Assembly (NCBI GenBank): GCA_000934665.2
Contig: KZ538739.1
Span: 1 to 50,087, forward strand
Reading direction: 5' to 3'
DNA from: Catajapyx aquilonaris
Lineage: Eukaryota
Length of the DNA: 50,087 nt
In this document: one piece after another, positions 13,401-28,900 of the stretch
How the letters are laid out: each line of letters opens with the position of its first letter
How positions within the stretch are numbered: the first letter of the stretch is position 1
Notes under the pieces: model-generated
Told to the model about the DNA's origin: nothing
Seen by the model: the letters and a program-made list of their open reading frames with translations, nothing else
Databases searched by the model: none
Made by a program: the position numbers and the translations under genes

Positions 13401-15808
13401 CACCGTGAAGGCTATCCCGAACCCCTCAATTAATCCTCCTGAAAACCTTATTGCTACTCAAAAAACATTAAACTTACACCCAAATTCTTCTCCACTCCAC
13501 ATAACCCATTCCACATAACCGACATTTCATACACCCAATAAACACTAAAGCATCTAGATTCCCCCCCTCATTATCCAGCAATGTCTTCCTTCGACACTTG
13601 CGACCGCATTTTTGCTCAAGCTTTGACTCTCCTATAAACATCCATCGAAATGGCCCTACCGATACCCCTAAAACGACCCATAAAAGATCCAGGCAGAGAT
13701 GGCGGACTTTGGGTCCGTGTCTCGAGCCGTGAAGACCCCAAATGTGGCGGGAAGGAAGGGTCTTTCAGTCCCAGGGTGGTGGTGGGGGGAGAAGCCATGA
13801 CCAGGAGGGGACACAGGCACACTACAACATGCGCTTCTGATTGATCCGTAGGCTATTCCTAAAAGCAGGCCGAGAGAGGGTTGGCATATACACTCTACTC
13901 CACTAGGCTTTATGGTGTAGGCCTCAAACGCACGGGCTCTTGCACGCTGGATGGATTAAGAGGAGGCGGATTCATTTTCTGGGGAGCCCCCCCATTTGAT
14001 GAGGGTATACAGACCGGGAGTGGTGTTTCATTATGGCCGCTCCCAGAGTGCTGGAGACTTTGGTGGGCTAGCTGGTGCTGTATAGAGAGTGTGGGTGTGT
14101 TTTGAAGAGTGGTGGAAAAAAGAGTGAGTGCGACAGAGGGAAGTCTTCCAGTCGATAACCGGCGTGTTTTTGTGGTGAGTTGATGGATTTTCGAAGGGGT
14201 GATGCATGAAGTTTGTAATGATGGCATGTGAAATGCAAAGCCGAATTATTTCCAGATATGTTTGGATTGGAAATTAACTTCATTGCATGAAATGACCGGG
14301 ACTTTACGATATTAAACATTGTGATAATGCCAATTACTTACCTCCTTATTTCAAAACAAATGTTCTATAGGAGAGTATAATAATCTTGTTCTATAGAAGA
14401 AACTTGAACCAACACCAAGTACACGTCAGATTCTATTACACAAGTTTCGACCGTAATGTGACAGCTGCAGGTCTTCATATGCCAAACAACTATGTATTAC
14501 AGATGACTTCTCGTATAGTATTACCAATCATAAATATATTGAATGTAGTAGAATTTCGGATGTATTGCGAAAAAGGGCATTCGATGGACAGACTGCCAAA
14601 TCGATTCGTCTAGATTCCGCAAGGACATGTGACTCAGTTAGTGAGTCACACTGTTTGCAATCCCGCGGTTTTGAAAATTGGCAGTAACTGTGCGTGAACT
14701 AGTATATCTATTCAGTTGCGCAATTTGCATGTTTGCATGTATATGCGCGTTCAAATATTCCGAATGCTTCACAGAAATTAGCTGCGTTATGCAATGTGCA
14801 GAGGATATTCAGGGCTATGGGCGTAATATATTGCATCGTTCCCTTTTGCACTGGATTGTTTCAAAGCAAAAGCACCTGCACTATTCACATACCAGGCTAC
14901 AGTATTGATCATGATAAATAATGAGCACCAGCCCCAGTACTAGTACTCATCAACTGAGGCATCTTCTGTAGACATGCATTGTGGGATTAAGTTCTGCCTG
15001 AATTAATTCCTCGCGGGATTTATGCATTAACAACAACAAATCCGTAAAAATGTAAAGTAAATTAACCATGAAACATTAAAAATGCATTTACAGTTCCCAG
15101 TGTTTACACCCTCAGTGGCCTACATACACATCCAGGATTCCGGTAAACAGTCGATAAAATCCTCATCGACTGCCTAAAATGAGTCTCAGGGAAAAACAAT
15201 AGGACTCACCCTGTAGAGATCAAAGAAACAACAAAAAAAAAAAGAAACGTTCCAACTTGTGCTAAGCTGAATATTGAGCTCGTTGCCTGTACACCTCCCC
15301 CAAAATAAGATTTTCCCCATTTTTCCCCTGCCACAAACCGTAAAGGCGTTTCCTTAGCTGTCGTAAAGGATAGAGTGGATTTGCACGAATGTCTCCAAAA
15401 AAAAACTTTTTGCGAATTCAATTTCATCTGTGCCGGGGAACTCCCTCCCCCATCCGTAACGAATAGAATTGAGCGGTAAATGGACCTGACTCTTTCAAAC
15501 TCAAGACCTGAACTATTTTTTTCTGTAAACCAACGGCGTCTATGTCTCCAATAGCAACCTTCTTAATTCAACTCAACTTCAGTCGAAAAACCCCAGCACG
15601 GTCTAGCGAAAAGCATGATCTCTTCTGGTTGATAAGCACAGGAATGTTCATCCTCCAAGACGATGGGATGAACAAACTCATTAAGGTGTATAACCCCCCC
15701 CCCCCCCCCTTCTTTTTCTTAGGAGGAAAGAGCCATTTGCTTTTGCCTGGGTCTTTTTCGAGCATTTTTGTGGAGACTGGCTTAAAACCTGGTATGGCGA
15801 AACGAGCT

Positions 15809-15848
15809 AGAGAGAGAGAGAGAGAGCGAAGGACGTGCTAGAGAGAGC
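15809..15848 (+). repeat. (GA)n tract, possible GAGA-factor element
   Basis: agagagagagagagagag...tagagagagc. Confidence 0.5.
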
Positions 15849-18800
15849 ACTTCTCATTTTTGCTGCTGGAAGGTGCCAAGTCGGGTCGATAGGTTCGGTA
15901 GTATTTTATTGTGGGGTCTAATGGTGCAAAATGGGGCCATTCCAATCAATTTCTCACTAAGGTGGAAGGGAGCATCTGTGTCCCGCAATTTGAGTTCGTG
16001 TGCTGCTGGCACCGGGGGATATCACAGCGAAATCACAGAATCGAGATTTAGTACAAAATTCAAATAAGTTCAATCGATTCAAATTCAGGTAAATTATATC
16101 TGATTATGTATTGACGGATATTGTTCCTTAATTTGGGCTGGTTGAATCAGCATGAATCAATTGGTGTAATCACTGTAATTTCCAATTATGTATTGTGAAT
16201 GCCTAACACATGAACAGCCTCATAGAACCGGACATATACATTGGTTCAACCGGTTGCCGTTGCTTTGTTGGCCTCATTAAAGGATGTTTATGTGGGGCTG
16301 TATAAACTGTATGGATTCAAATATTTGCACTTTACAGTGAAATTAATGGGTTATGTCCCGTAATGATTATCTGAAACAAAGTGGGAATCTGTGTAGCTGT
16401 AATAAACTGGGTTAGCTAATTACAGTTTTAAAGCATCAGTCTCAGTCTACTGAAATTGCATATTCCAAACTTTCACACCTGTAACATCCTGGGATGGAGA
16501 AGGTTTGAATTATTTACAACCGCAAGTGTAAACAAATAGCAACACTCAGATTCGCGTTTATCCAACCTGCAAAAACATAGTACAAATTATGAAAGTACTC
16601 TGCAGGTACCGCAGTAGTCAGATGTGTTGCCGGTTCAGTGTTGGCAAACGTCATTATTTGAAATAATTATTTCATTTCACCCACGCTAGTGTAGCCTATA
16701 CTGTAGGCTACTACGCATAATTTTGGAATAATTACATTAACAAATTATTAAAGTGACGCGCAGTTTAATTTATACATTATTCGCATTGCTACACTGTACT
16801 CACATCTACCACTTGCATTATTGAGTTCGGATGACGTAAAAGTCAGTCACCTCGAATTCCCGGCATACCGTACAGTCACAATATTTATGACCTTTGTAAC
16901 CACTCGGGATTGCTCACAGTGTGCTTACCATCTCCTCTGTAAGTACACGTCGTAAATAACCCACGCATATGAAATTATGAAACTTAATCGGATCATTTCC
17001 TCCGTTTAATATGGCCGGAAATTCGAGGCTATTTGTAGGTTACAAGTTCATCAGTTACGTAAGTCAAGCCCGCGAGGTGAATCCTTCAGATAACTGGTTC
17101 TGATGTAGAATAGATATTAAAATGGAAGCCACTTTTGGGATCTCATAACAGCGATGGCTCGGAGCCAAATAGGTTTAGTCCAGTTCTGTGCCATAGTAGA
17201 TGGGAAATATTTTTTTTTAAAAACGAGACTAGCGTGCAGTCCATAGCATAGAGTGGAGAGCTTTATAGTTGCAATCACAAATGCAGATGTTGGAACAGGC
17301 CTGCTTTCTACAAACTCATCGCGGTTCCATTTTTTGGCTCTCATTTTAGGGGCTTTAATCCAATTAGGAATTATGAATTTTCATGCCCAGAGGAAGGGGT
17401 AATTTTTTAGGGGCGTCTCACGCGGAGGAGCAAGGATACAGCTTTCCTTACAAATGAAAGCGTTAATTATGCAGGTATTTTTAGGAGAGGGGGTGTAAGA
17501 CACGGGCTTAAGTTTTCTGGGAGGCAGTTTCAGTTTCAAAGAGTTTCGACGCGTTTACCTTGCTGAAATATTCATGCCGGAAGGTGTGGACTGTATTGTG
17601 TATGTGGTTCATTTGAGCGAATATGCAAATATTGGCGTAGGCCGTGCCCAAATAAAGGCCTCGTGGGAGAGGAAACATGCGAAAAAGTCGTCGCCAAAGT
17701 GCAACAACCTCGGTTTATTTTTTTTCTATCCATAAAATGATAGAAATTGCGAATTTAAATCAATATTGGTTTATGCCTGGCGGTTAGTACCTCACAGTGA
17801 GAATCCGAAAGCCCATAACCTGATAATGGGCCGTGGTATCAACTCAAATTAAGCCTTACTGCATATTGTGAACACTTGTTCAGTGCAATGTCTGATAATG
17901 AAATGGGCGAGTAATGTTTTTTAGGCTATACAGTACCGTTTATTGATAATAATTATCAGCATTTTCCAATATGTCAGTTGGGGGCCTCATGCAATAATGA
18001 ATCGAAATTTATCAAAAATTCTAAACACATGCCGATACTCGTCCGAGTAAAGTATTTCCGTGTCACTTAATAAAATAAAGTGGTATACTGAGTTACAGAC
18101 TAATACTTATGTCATTGCAATGTGCTACTCTGCTGAGCCAGCTAAGGAGTAACTTTTTGAAGAGGCTGTTACTGCAGTTTTTTTCACAAGGACGCCATTA
18201 GGCGAGACATATTTCATCTAGTACTGACGCACTCGAATGCAAACTACTGCATTAAGGAAAGATATCAATTTCACATGGAAAGCATCGTTAGTAACACAGT
18301 GTAATATAGCGCATATTCCTTGGAATATTCACAAACCTCTCCAGCTTGAAAGCAGCCACTGTACGTGGATTTTTCAAACACAATTTCTGGTGTTACCTGA
18401 TACTAGGAATAGTCGGAAACATGAGTGGTTTTTCTAGTTTACATTTTAAGCGCTCCAGGCAGACTGCTGCAGTCTCATAACACCTATCCAGTGTCACGAG
18501 TACTGCAAATACATGTATTTTTGCTCACGTTCCAACATCCTTCCCCAGCACAACCCCATCAGTCACGTTGCATAAATCAATACCAAGACCTTAAATGCAA
18601 AACTCACATGCAATATTTCAAGAACTGAAAGTGCATATGAAGTGTGAAGATTGCATTATCCCAATATGACACTGTATCAGCAAGTACTGCATTACTATGA
18701 TAGTGACTGACATTATGCTCCACTTTAAATGGAATTATTTATACCCCAATGTCTGTCACCTCAGCCCAGCATGCTTATTCTCTTATATTTCCTGTCCACC

Positions 18801-21800
18801 TAGGCGTGCTTACACTTGTAGAGCAGGGATAAACCCAAGATTTGTATTGTGTTGGCTTTGTAAGCCCAAAATCACAAGGCTGGTGTCCGACATGCTGCGG
18901 CTGGATGGGAACTGTCATGAATCTTCCAGCAGGAGGCCGTCTGAATCCCGCTCAATGGTTTCGCCGACACTCGGAATGAGAAGCGAATCGAGATGGCTCG
19001 TTTTTTCTCCACTTTGCCAAGCACACAATCCACTGCGCTTAACCGAGAATGAAATTGTTACTATACATCTGGTAGCCCCGGGCACCTTTAATCACTTACT
19101 GTCGGTTTCGAGGAATTTCTTAGCTCCGGAGTAGAACATAAGCTTGTATGACAGGAATGTAAGAGGCTTATAAAATGATGAGACGTGGCCGAAATTCAGA
19201 GGGGCTTTAGACTTGTATTGTAAGCAGCTCTTGAGTTATTGAGGCCTACGAATAGAAACTGAAACAGCGAATTTCGTGGGCTCAACATGCACTGTGAGTT
19301 ATGGCGTGCATTTTGCACCCAACATCCGGCAGGGAAGATGATAAAAAATGGTACAAGTTGCATGCATGCAAGGTGTTTCTGACGCGAATATGCGGAACAG
19401 TGGTGCAGTGTGGCAAAAAAAAAAAATCATGCTTCTGACAAACTGCATGAAAAGGACCGCTCCGAATATATTTTGCAGTCCTGTTTCAGCGGTTTGCTTT
19501 GATTGCGCCTGATCATGCTCAGCAGCCATAACATTAATTCCATTTCAGTGAAGGCATGCTCATATATTTGGTCGAAATTTTGTTTAGGCTGTATAATAAT
19601 TAATCATCGAAGCTTTGTCTACAACAACTTGGAAATTGGTCGCATATTCATCAATAAAGTATCTCTTTTGTGACATGGCAGTATTGTTTTGACCAGCAGC
19701 GTACAAAAGTTCAGACCATGTTTTTATCACCTCTTCCGCTCAAAATAATATGACATGGAAACAATCAGATTTTTCGCTTCAAAGCGCCTCTGTCCCAGGT
19801 GCAATTCTGCCAAATTCCTTTTCCGCCACCTTTTCCACCGGACAAAAAGCTGGCAAAATTCCTCCTTCCCTGATAACGAAAAAAAAACCCCTTTCGGTCT
19901 ACAAAAAAACGGAACCCCATTTCGCTCCATAGTCTCCAAACTTCCCTTATCAAGTGTGCGATTAGGACAAATGGAACGTGGCAGTCAAATTAAGTCCATC
20001 GATACCCTTCTTCTACTACTCTACTCCAGACCACAGTGCTCCAGACTTTGCATTTGGATAGATATGCAGAAGATGAAGGACCACTGCGGTAGAGGAACCT
20101 TCCCTTGTTCGAAGAGGGGGAAAAAAAGGTATTTCCAATTGAAGCCTGAAACTGAAAGAGCCTAGGGTGTTTGAAGAGAATCAGGAAGGACGTGACTCTT
20201 GTGTGCTTGAGTTCCTGGAGAATTTGGAGAGATAGGATTAGACGAGTCTTGCCCTCCCGAGGAGACTTCCGGTAATTAGGATTTAGGTGACCGACTTGGG
20301 CCTCTTGCCTCGAGAATTGGCGTAAAAGGACTGCCTCTTACTATGGGCTCGTAGGTGGAAGCGGTAATGGGCTGGCATAAATTGGCAAGAAGGTGCCTGG
20401 AGGGATTTTAACTCTACTGTAGGTCTCGGGAATATTCACAGCTGACCCTGCGCATTGTGGTTGACTATGTGCGGTAGGTGGGCCATGATTTGCAGCGTTG
20501 TTAATTGCTGAATTATATGGCATTGTATTTTTGGTGAGGGCGTGGGCAGAGGGAAATTTGATTTGCATTTATATGAGTGCATGGGAGTCAAAAGTAGCTG
20601 AAGGTGTTGACTCGAATAAGGGCGTTTAAAGTCGATAATATGAAAAGCAACATGGGTGTTGCAGTAATTTAAGCCAAAAATCAATTCCGAACACAATGAT
20701 TAAAGCATAGGCTCTAAAATGACAATATTTAGACTTTTGAACAACTACTAATAACTTACTACAATTTACTGTAGAAGTTGAAGTAAATACCAGGACCATA
20801 TCTAGGACCAAGACAAGACTATAAAAACAAAGGGCTTGTTTTTATTGTGGAAGTAACATGCAGCCCCTTAATTAAGTTAGCAAACTGTATACGGACTAAA
20901 TGGATAAAGTGTTGTGAACAACCTAAAAAAAACTAAATCAGCACCAGTTTATCGCTATAAACATTAGCATATTACAGTAGACAGTACAGAGAGCTACGGT
21001 TTTGCAGTCTCCTGAGTTCAGAAGATGTAGAATAACAAACAGAATATGCTAAAACACTGCACTATTACCATACAACAACAACTGAACTAAATAATGAGAG
21101 ACGGACATTGCTACAATAGTTTCCTCTGCTGAATAAGTTATATACCATGCACGTTGCATACAACTGTAGGTTCCCTTGGGAATTGACTAATTCTGTTGTG
21201 CTAATCTGCAGCTGCAGACAACAGAAAGTTTTATCACTATTTTACAGTCTTCTTCCTGAGTGTATAGGCGAACCTTGAAACCACTTCAGTATTTTTCGCT
21301 GCACTTACTGCCTGCTTGGGAGAGGATTTTAAATCACAGGTTGCGTTCAGGGACTTCCTTCCTTTTACAGAGTGAAAGTCTCTAAGGCAGACGTGAATGT
21401 TCTTCATCCAGGAACATCCTCTGCAGTTGGGGCAAATTCACTTGAACATTTTGAGGATGGCAAAGTTTCCAGTTCATGTAGAGTTTGTTGACAGAGGCAG
21501 GGCCAGGAGATCGCGAGTGTGGCAAACTCCGTGATTATACTCTATATTCTCATGGTAGACCGTATAGGATAGTTTATCTGTTATAAACGGCGTAGAAATA
21601 TATTGTAAAGGTTGAAGGCCTCGACATGGTGGCAGAGGTAAACTTTTGGCTCCAGCATAATTTGATTGTTCCTGAAAGAGCCGGAAACTCTGATGAGACA
21701 GAACTGGTAGTACAGTCTATAGTATATAGGCCGATACCTGCTGTATATACAGAAAACTCTACCAAAAATACAAGAGCAGTTCCAGAACTGATGTACTGTT

Positions 21801-22871
21801 TCATATATGCAGGAGGCACATTATATTCATACTTATGCACATATTCCGTACGTATGTGTTTATAAAATAATTTTGGTACCAATTAATGCATGTTGATTGG
21901 TCGACATCGTCCCCAAAGTGGCAAAATATTTGACAGCACATTTTTATAAATCTCGAGTTTTCATGTAGGCCCTTACACTATATTAATGTGCACACTAAAC
22001 AGCTTTTACTGATCTTGGCTGTGCTCTAAGTAATCCTGGAAGTCGTGACATGGATATCAAGCCCACATTCGTCAGTGATTATAATGCGGCAGGGCTGGTC
22101 TTAGGCAGGTGCAGCCCTAGGGCAAGAACAAAATTCTCAATGTGTGAATTTCTGTCCAACGCCAGTTTACGTATCCAATCATTTTGTTGACCGACTAATT
22201 AACGTAGCCTAACTTGCAGACTAATTAACACGTACCAGGTCCTTTTGCATAGTTATTACAAGTTTTTCGCATATAATCATGTTTTAGGGAGAAAATCATG
22301 ATAATATTATTGAAGAGGTGAATCTTTAAAAGTATAAAAATATAATAATAATGAGTTATTAGCAATTATAAAAAAGCAACGAGAGCCTCATTGAATTGTA
22401 TTGAATGTCCTCCAGAAATAAATAGTCGTGTTTTAATTTGGCTTTCAAAATGTTGATTCCCATAAGAAACCATTGCAGGATGCCACTTTTTTCCTGTGTT
22501 ATCTTAAATCTGTTGAAAGTGAAGATAATATTTTAAAATTCACCTCTTCCGTTATTAATGACGGTTTTGTGCTTTTACCTGCTTATATTGGATGCTCAAA
22601 ATGTTGTGTTACTCAAATACCACTTTCCTAGCCTGACTCATACTTCCTGCATCTGTCTCTGCCCTGACTGGACACAACTTCAAGTAAGTCCGTCTCTAAT
22701 GTTGCTGTGCTCATTCCATTCACAAAACTCAATGAAAGAACTAAGAACCCTATAATTAGGCCTACCGAGTATCTGCTAATTTCCCCGGGAGATATGCTAC
22801 TCCACATTTTTTCAATAGTGCTACTCACCCACATATCCAAATGAACGCGGCGAAATTTTTAATTATGAACC

Positions 22872-22938
<67 letters not shown>
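22872..22938 (+). repeat. (AAT)n microsatellite, about 22 units
   Basis: Perfect trinucleotide array. Confidence 0.95.
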
Positions 22939-25900
22939 GGGTGTAGTGCTTCTCAGAAGAGGTTTTTGCACGATAATCTTTATTTGCCTCATCAAGGTTA
23001 CAGTTTTCATTCTTGACGAAGTGCCCTGCTGGTTCGAGGGCAGGGTTAACACATGCAGCAGAACCCTCGCTCGTTCACTCTCGTCAAACCACTGGACCTC
23101 AGTTAGGTACTTACCTTCTGGAAAAGGGACACAACAGTGGGCACCCTTTCTTCCAGTTTCTTCAGGTGATTTCTCTCATTGAAAGCAGTTGCTTTTTAGA
23201 AACTGTGCCTATAGGCAGCGGTGACATTCTGCTGGTAGACTGCAATGATTAAAGTGGGAGATCTTTATCCGACAACAGCTGAAAAACTTTTTGACATGCA
23301 TTTTCTCTAACTGTATCTGTTATCCAGAAAATGTGGCCCTTTTGACACTGTGCTCTTTCCACCAAGCAATGCGGGTAATGCAAATTCCTAAACACAAGAG
23401 CCAGCACCTATATATACTAACGAAATTTGAATGAAATATGTCCTGAAATGCCTTTCTATCCTGAATCCTGGTGTCTACTTTTTTGAACACCCGGTAAATA
23501 TTGTTGTTATGCAGCAGTGACCCAACTTTGCTAGCATGTTACTTTGCGTATCATTTGTGATGACAGAGAGTTAACGATGCTAGCTTCTAAACTAAAGAAA
23601 TTAAATGTATTTTTTCACATTTTCAGATACTATGTGACATTTGCTCATACAATATTACTCATGTTACATTATACGATCTATGTAAACTCACCTCTTCATT
23701 TAGGAACCTGATGTAGGCAAGAGCTAAAAATTTACACCTGTGTAATTTTAATTGTTCATACAAGCACCACTTTTATAATTACTTTGTAATTCATATACTG
23801 TGAACCCAGCTTATGATGCACAAAATAATTATGATGAACTACAGGAACTACACACTTTAGCTTTGCTAAATGCTCCATAATGCCGCCCCTGTTGCAATTA
23901 TTTTCCTCAAATTATGAACTTAACACCGTACTTAACCGAGGAAAATATTTTAATGATGCCTGGTAATGGGTTTTGATCTATAAATTTACTCTGACTTACC
24001 CATCTTCCAAGATTCAAGATATTACTTACACAGAACATTTATAGAGCCATTTGCAACTTGTAATGGCACTTTTAACGACACCTTCGTGTCATTTACATCC
24101 TGCAATTAAGTTCAACTTAATAAAACTGCAACGTAGGACTAATTTTGGTAACTATGCAGGGTCCTCAACTTACACTTAGAAAACGCATCTTTCTCATGAG
24201 AGAATCATCTACCATCTGCATTGCAGAATTGATCATGTGAACTTTTAGAACAGTTCATTGTAACCAAACATTTGTTGGGTACGCTGCCTGTTGGGTAAAA
24301 CATGATGGATTACTCGCTCCAGTCACACATGCTATTATGTCAAGTATACAGCAGAAATCTTTGGGATATAATCCGAATCTAGCAGCATTCAGCAGTTGGA
24401 GCAAGTAATCCATCACATTTTGCCCCCGACACATATTCTTGTAGGTGTCAACTTAAGACTGAGGACCATCCCGCATATTACTGCGCCGACAATTTCCTGG
24501 AACATTAATTCAAATCCTACTATTCAGAGAAATCTATCCTGCTGTACATCTCACAACCTCACAGCATTAATCAACTCTGATGCATGGGATCCCTGTGTCA
24601 TGCTGCATGTGATATGAAAAGTAGCCCACATACATGCCGCAGGTATAATATCCAGGTCTGATTATCACCGAGATGACGCAGCTCCTGTGCATTTCATTTG
24701 CCATCTGACGTTTCCGGTGGCAATGACGATAAAGCGGATGAGGAATGGTCCGCGGCTCCGTAATGAAGACAGAGATAAGCTAACGGAGGACCTGGAATTA
24801 ATGAGAGTCTGTCGGGTACATCTGACTCAAACTGTAATCCTCTTGGCTGTTGAACGTTGGGGAATTCAAACCAGCCGGCGAGCTTCCCAATTCTTGAGGT
24901 GATGGAATTGAGGCAGGGATTGAGAATTCAATTATTTGGTAAAGCCTTTTCTTCCTCCCTTCGTATTATTGATGACTGAGAGCATGACGCCGCCTTTTCT
25001 TCTCCTTCTTTTTCACTAATGAATGGCGCCTGTTTCTGAAGGCGACGATGGCGCCATTTTATGAGGACGCCTGGTGTTACAAGATGGCCGAGCACCGGTG
25101 GAGCTCTTTGTCACGACGCTTGTTGCTTTTGTCGTTATGGCATGCTACTCATTAGACCATTACTCATTTTTGCCGGCGCAAATGAGTCATTAGGTAATGC
25201 GGAGCGCTCCAAAAACGTCACTCGCTTGTTGTTAAACGTCGATACGCTACTAGATGGACCTAAATCACAGAGGATCTTTTAAAGACACTTTAATGAATGG
25301 ATGCTGACATGATTTGGGCGTACTTTAAGTAATTATTGCTCACTTGAACATACAAATTGCATATCTTGGAGACGAACATATTAGCTACACAATATTTACA
25401 GCTACAAGTATAAGAATGAGCACTAGTTTTAGTAGGGCCATCAGCAGCATATCCAAACGGGTTCTTTCTTGTTATCAGCTGTTTAATTAATTATCAGCAA
25501 TGAATAATAATGACTACTAGTATATTTTTAAATCAGCATATTAAACTTATTAGGGTCAAAATAATGAAATAATTTCTGAAGCATTTAGGCACCTACCACA
25601 ACAAATATTTTCCTAATTAATTTGATATATGATGGCAGGAGTTGATTATTATGGCCGAGGCTGTGTTAATAAATCAGGGTTTCCATCATAACTTAGTGAA
25701 AGGCCACACTTTATTAACCATTTATCTACCCAGTAGCAGTCATAATCACCTCCATATTCCAGTCTGATTAAAATTTCTCGGGATATTAAGGATGGTCGAA
25801 GGTACTCCCAGTTTGCAGCAAAAGCACCCATTTTTGTTGCACATTTGGAAGTTTTGCAGGATCCGTGAACCTCACATCCAACTACTTGGTACGACCTTAT

Positions 25901-28900
25901 ACATTTCAAAATTCTTATCACACACAGTCGTTCAGCCCAGTGCTGTATTGACTGCACCCGCGCCGTGATGAGAAACCTCCCGTGCAGTTATGATGCACTC
26001 TTTGCGTGTAAGTGCTGTAGAAGAAAGGTCGAGGCAGTCAAAAAGCCTCCAAAATTGTCTGCTCCTGATGGCCCCTCTCAAATGTCACCCTGTCCTGTAT
26101 ACATGCAAGGAGTAAACACTGGATGGGATGTTATCCTGGAAGTTAGATAACCTGCGAGGCCCAATTGTCTCGCTTATTGTCATCATACCAGGGTGGCTTT
26201 TACCAAAACGAAACCGTGAAGCGCTGGCCTACTTACGTTACTACACCTACCAATGAATGGCTGAGATCTCATATTCCAAGAGCTCAACGTCCGACTCTTG
26301 AAAACTCCCACCGATAATGAGCTCACGAGTGTAACTTGAAGTCCGCAGAACACGTGATAAGAGCCAGGTTACGTCCTTGGCAAAGGCCACAGTCTGCTCT
26401 AGTAACAAAAAAAAAGCGCATGTAATTCTTTATCACGTTATGACACACCATCCGCTCATACATCAACACGTCCGGATGAGTTCATTTCTAAAAGGCATAC
26501 CTTCCATATTATTTTGTAGTTTTAATACCGACAGTATACCCACAGGACCTGGTATTACAGCACTGCGGACACCTGTAAAGAGGCCTCAATTGCCAGTTTT
26601 CGGTTGTACGCTTCCATGCACATATTTTTTTGCTTGGCTTTTCCTTTTTTTAACGCGCCCGTACACAAAGGAAAATGTGCCTGGAGGAAGTTTCTCCTGT
26701 ACCTGAGCAAGGTTAATACGACGTAGGTGGGTTGAATTTCTTATAAGGCTTTACAGGCACTTTTGCAGCACTGGTGCAGTGAAGAACCGCGAATTTGTTG
26801 TCTCCTGAATTTTGAGTTTGGGTCCTGAGCAAAATGAGGAGCCTGGATGCTGCCAAATTTTTTAAAAAGCCGAATTTTTTGGTGACGGCAATGCGGCAAA
26901 ATATGTGGGTTGAAGGGAGTGAAAAGCTTGGCCCATTGAATTGTGTATAGGGGATTTGCATGTCAAAATAAGCCCGCAGTTTTGGAGTTGAGGGGGGGGG
27001 GGATTGCGCTCAACATTTCACGCCGATGTTTATGCTCGAAAAGGTGTTTTTAAAACGGGTATTAGGGAACGGAAATGCACCGGAAGGCTTAACCGTTCTG
27101 TTTACCAATTTTGGCGATGTTTGTCGTATTTGACGATGTGTTATTTTAAAAAAACACATTAGGATTTGAAAGCCTCTTGACAAAACCAAATAAACATATC
27201 AGGAATAGAATTTTTGAAAAATAAAGCCTTTAGTAGGTGCAAGTTTTTAAAAATATGTTTTGTCGACATTGAATTAGGTCGACACTGCAAATTATGCACA
27301 CAAAAATGCACTACAACAGTGCAATGTAGTCGTTAATTAGGCTCCCAGCTCTTTCAACACGCTCCCATAGTTTAGAACAAGCTTAATTTTCCAATTTTCA
27401 ACACCGGAATCTGCTGCTAATTTAAGAATCCACGCACACTGTCCATTACTTTTTTTTGTGTGCCAACCCGCCACACATTTAATCACCGTGTTAAACCACC
27501 ATCTGCGAACATCTTTACCCGACATCATTAATAACTAGCCCACATCTGGCCATCTGACCACGAACACAACGCACACGTTCATGCCATCCGTCAATTACAC
27601 TGCAATGAAATTAAAAATTTTGTACAAAATTAGCCCTCATTCATTACATAGGTCACATGACTATTTTTGGGCCATCAACTATATCTGTGCCAGTTTACAT
27701 AGGATCGGGTGGGGAAAAAAATAGCCTGCGGTATTTAGCGGACACGGGCGGTTAATCCGTATGAAAAGGTGGGCGGGTACGCGGTAGGCAGAGCATAAAA
27801 AGGTGAGTCAGACGGAGTTGAAGAAAAGTACTTGGAAGAAGTAGAAGAAAAGAAAAGAGGGAGCTGAAGGAAGGCAGAGGGTCATTTGCCAGGTTGCCGG
27901 ATCTTGCGATCGATACAAGCCCAGCTAGAAAGACGGTGTGTCGTATATACACCAAATATCCCCAAAAAATTATATTATATTAGATAACACTATCCAAGAC
28001 TTCACTATGCAAACCGCAATTTGTATTTTTAAATGAAAAATTTAATAGGGACCTTCAAGCTCTGTGTTTCTTCACAGCTCTTCTTCAACACCTTTTGCAG
28101 ACAAGAAAAGGTTGGTGGCCCCGGGGCAACGGTTCCTCCTTGGTACGCAAGTAGATCGTTCCGGAGGAAGGATCATTCAAGAAGGCCAGGCGGAGGGGGT
28201 GATATCTTGGGGAAGGGCCGCAATTTTAGGAGACGGGGATTTTCGCTGTTGGAAGATCGTCGCTTTTTTGGTGGAGCTGGCAAGTTGCAAAATGCGGGTT
28301 TTATAGTAGGGGTGGATGAGATAGGGATGGTATCAGAAGGGGGCAGAAGTTTGACAATGTATTGGGAGGTGAAGCCCTATATGTGGGCCACTGCGGTTTT
28401 GGTACAGGGCTGTTGGACCTTGCAATTAAAACTTGTGATCAGGTCGTTGCGTTATGGTTAATTAAAACAAAACAAAAATTATTGTTATACGACCAGTGTC
28501 AATTTTTCATACAAAAGATAAAACAGTGGACAATGCAATCAGAAAACAATGTAACATTATTTCAAACTGTATTTTGAAAACTGAAAATTAACCAAACTGG
28601 CAAGATATATCGGTTTTTCTGCGAGAATGGATTGCTGATCGAACCCGGCATTATAGGTTCAGATGAGGACCGTTATTATGCTGCATAACACTCATATGGC
28701 AGATGAAGGGGGAATTAAATTATTCAGCTTCAATAATGAAATGCACTCGATTTTCTGACCGCTGCGCTGCTGCATGTGTAATTATTGGGATTAGCCTATA
28801 TAAAACTTACAGTTCCAGCTGCCCAGTTGGCGTTTTGAAAAGGCTATTTTCAGTATACCAAGTAGTCAGATTAGCATATACAAATGCCAGAAGATCACAA

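Noticed and set aside
22090..23891. hAT-like element bounded by CAGGGCTGGTCTTA and TAATGCCGCCCCTG
   Set aside because: Ends match only 10/14 and there is no 8-bp TSD, so they are probably ends of unrelated relics
27889..28604. Possible hAT-type relic with GTTGCC/GGCAA ends and a 142-aa ORF
   Set aside because: Termini too degenerate, no TSD and no transposase motif in the ORF
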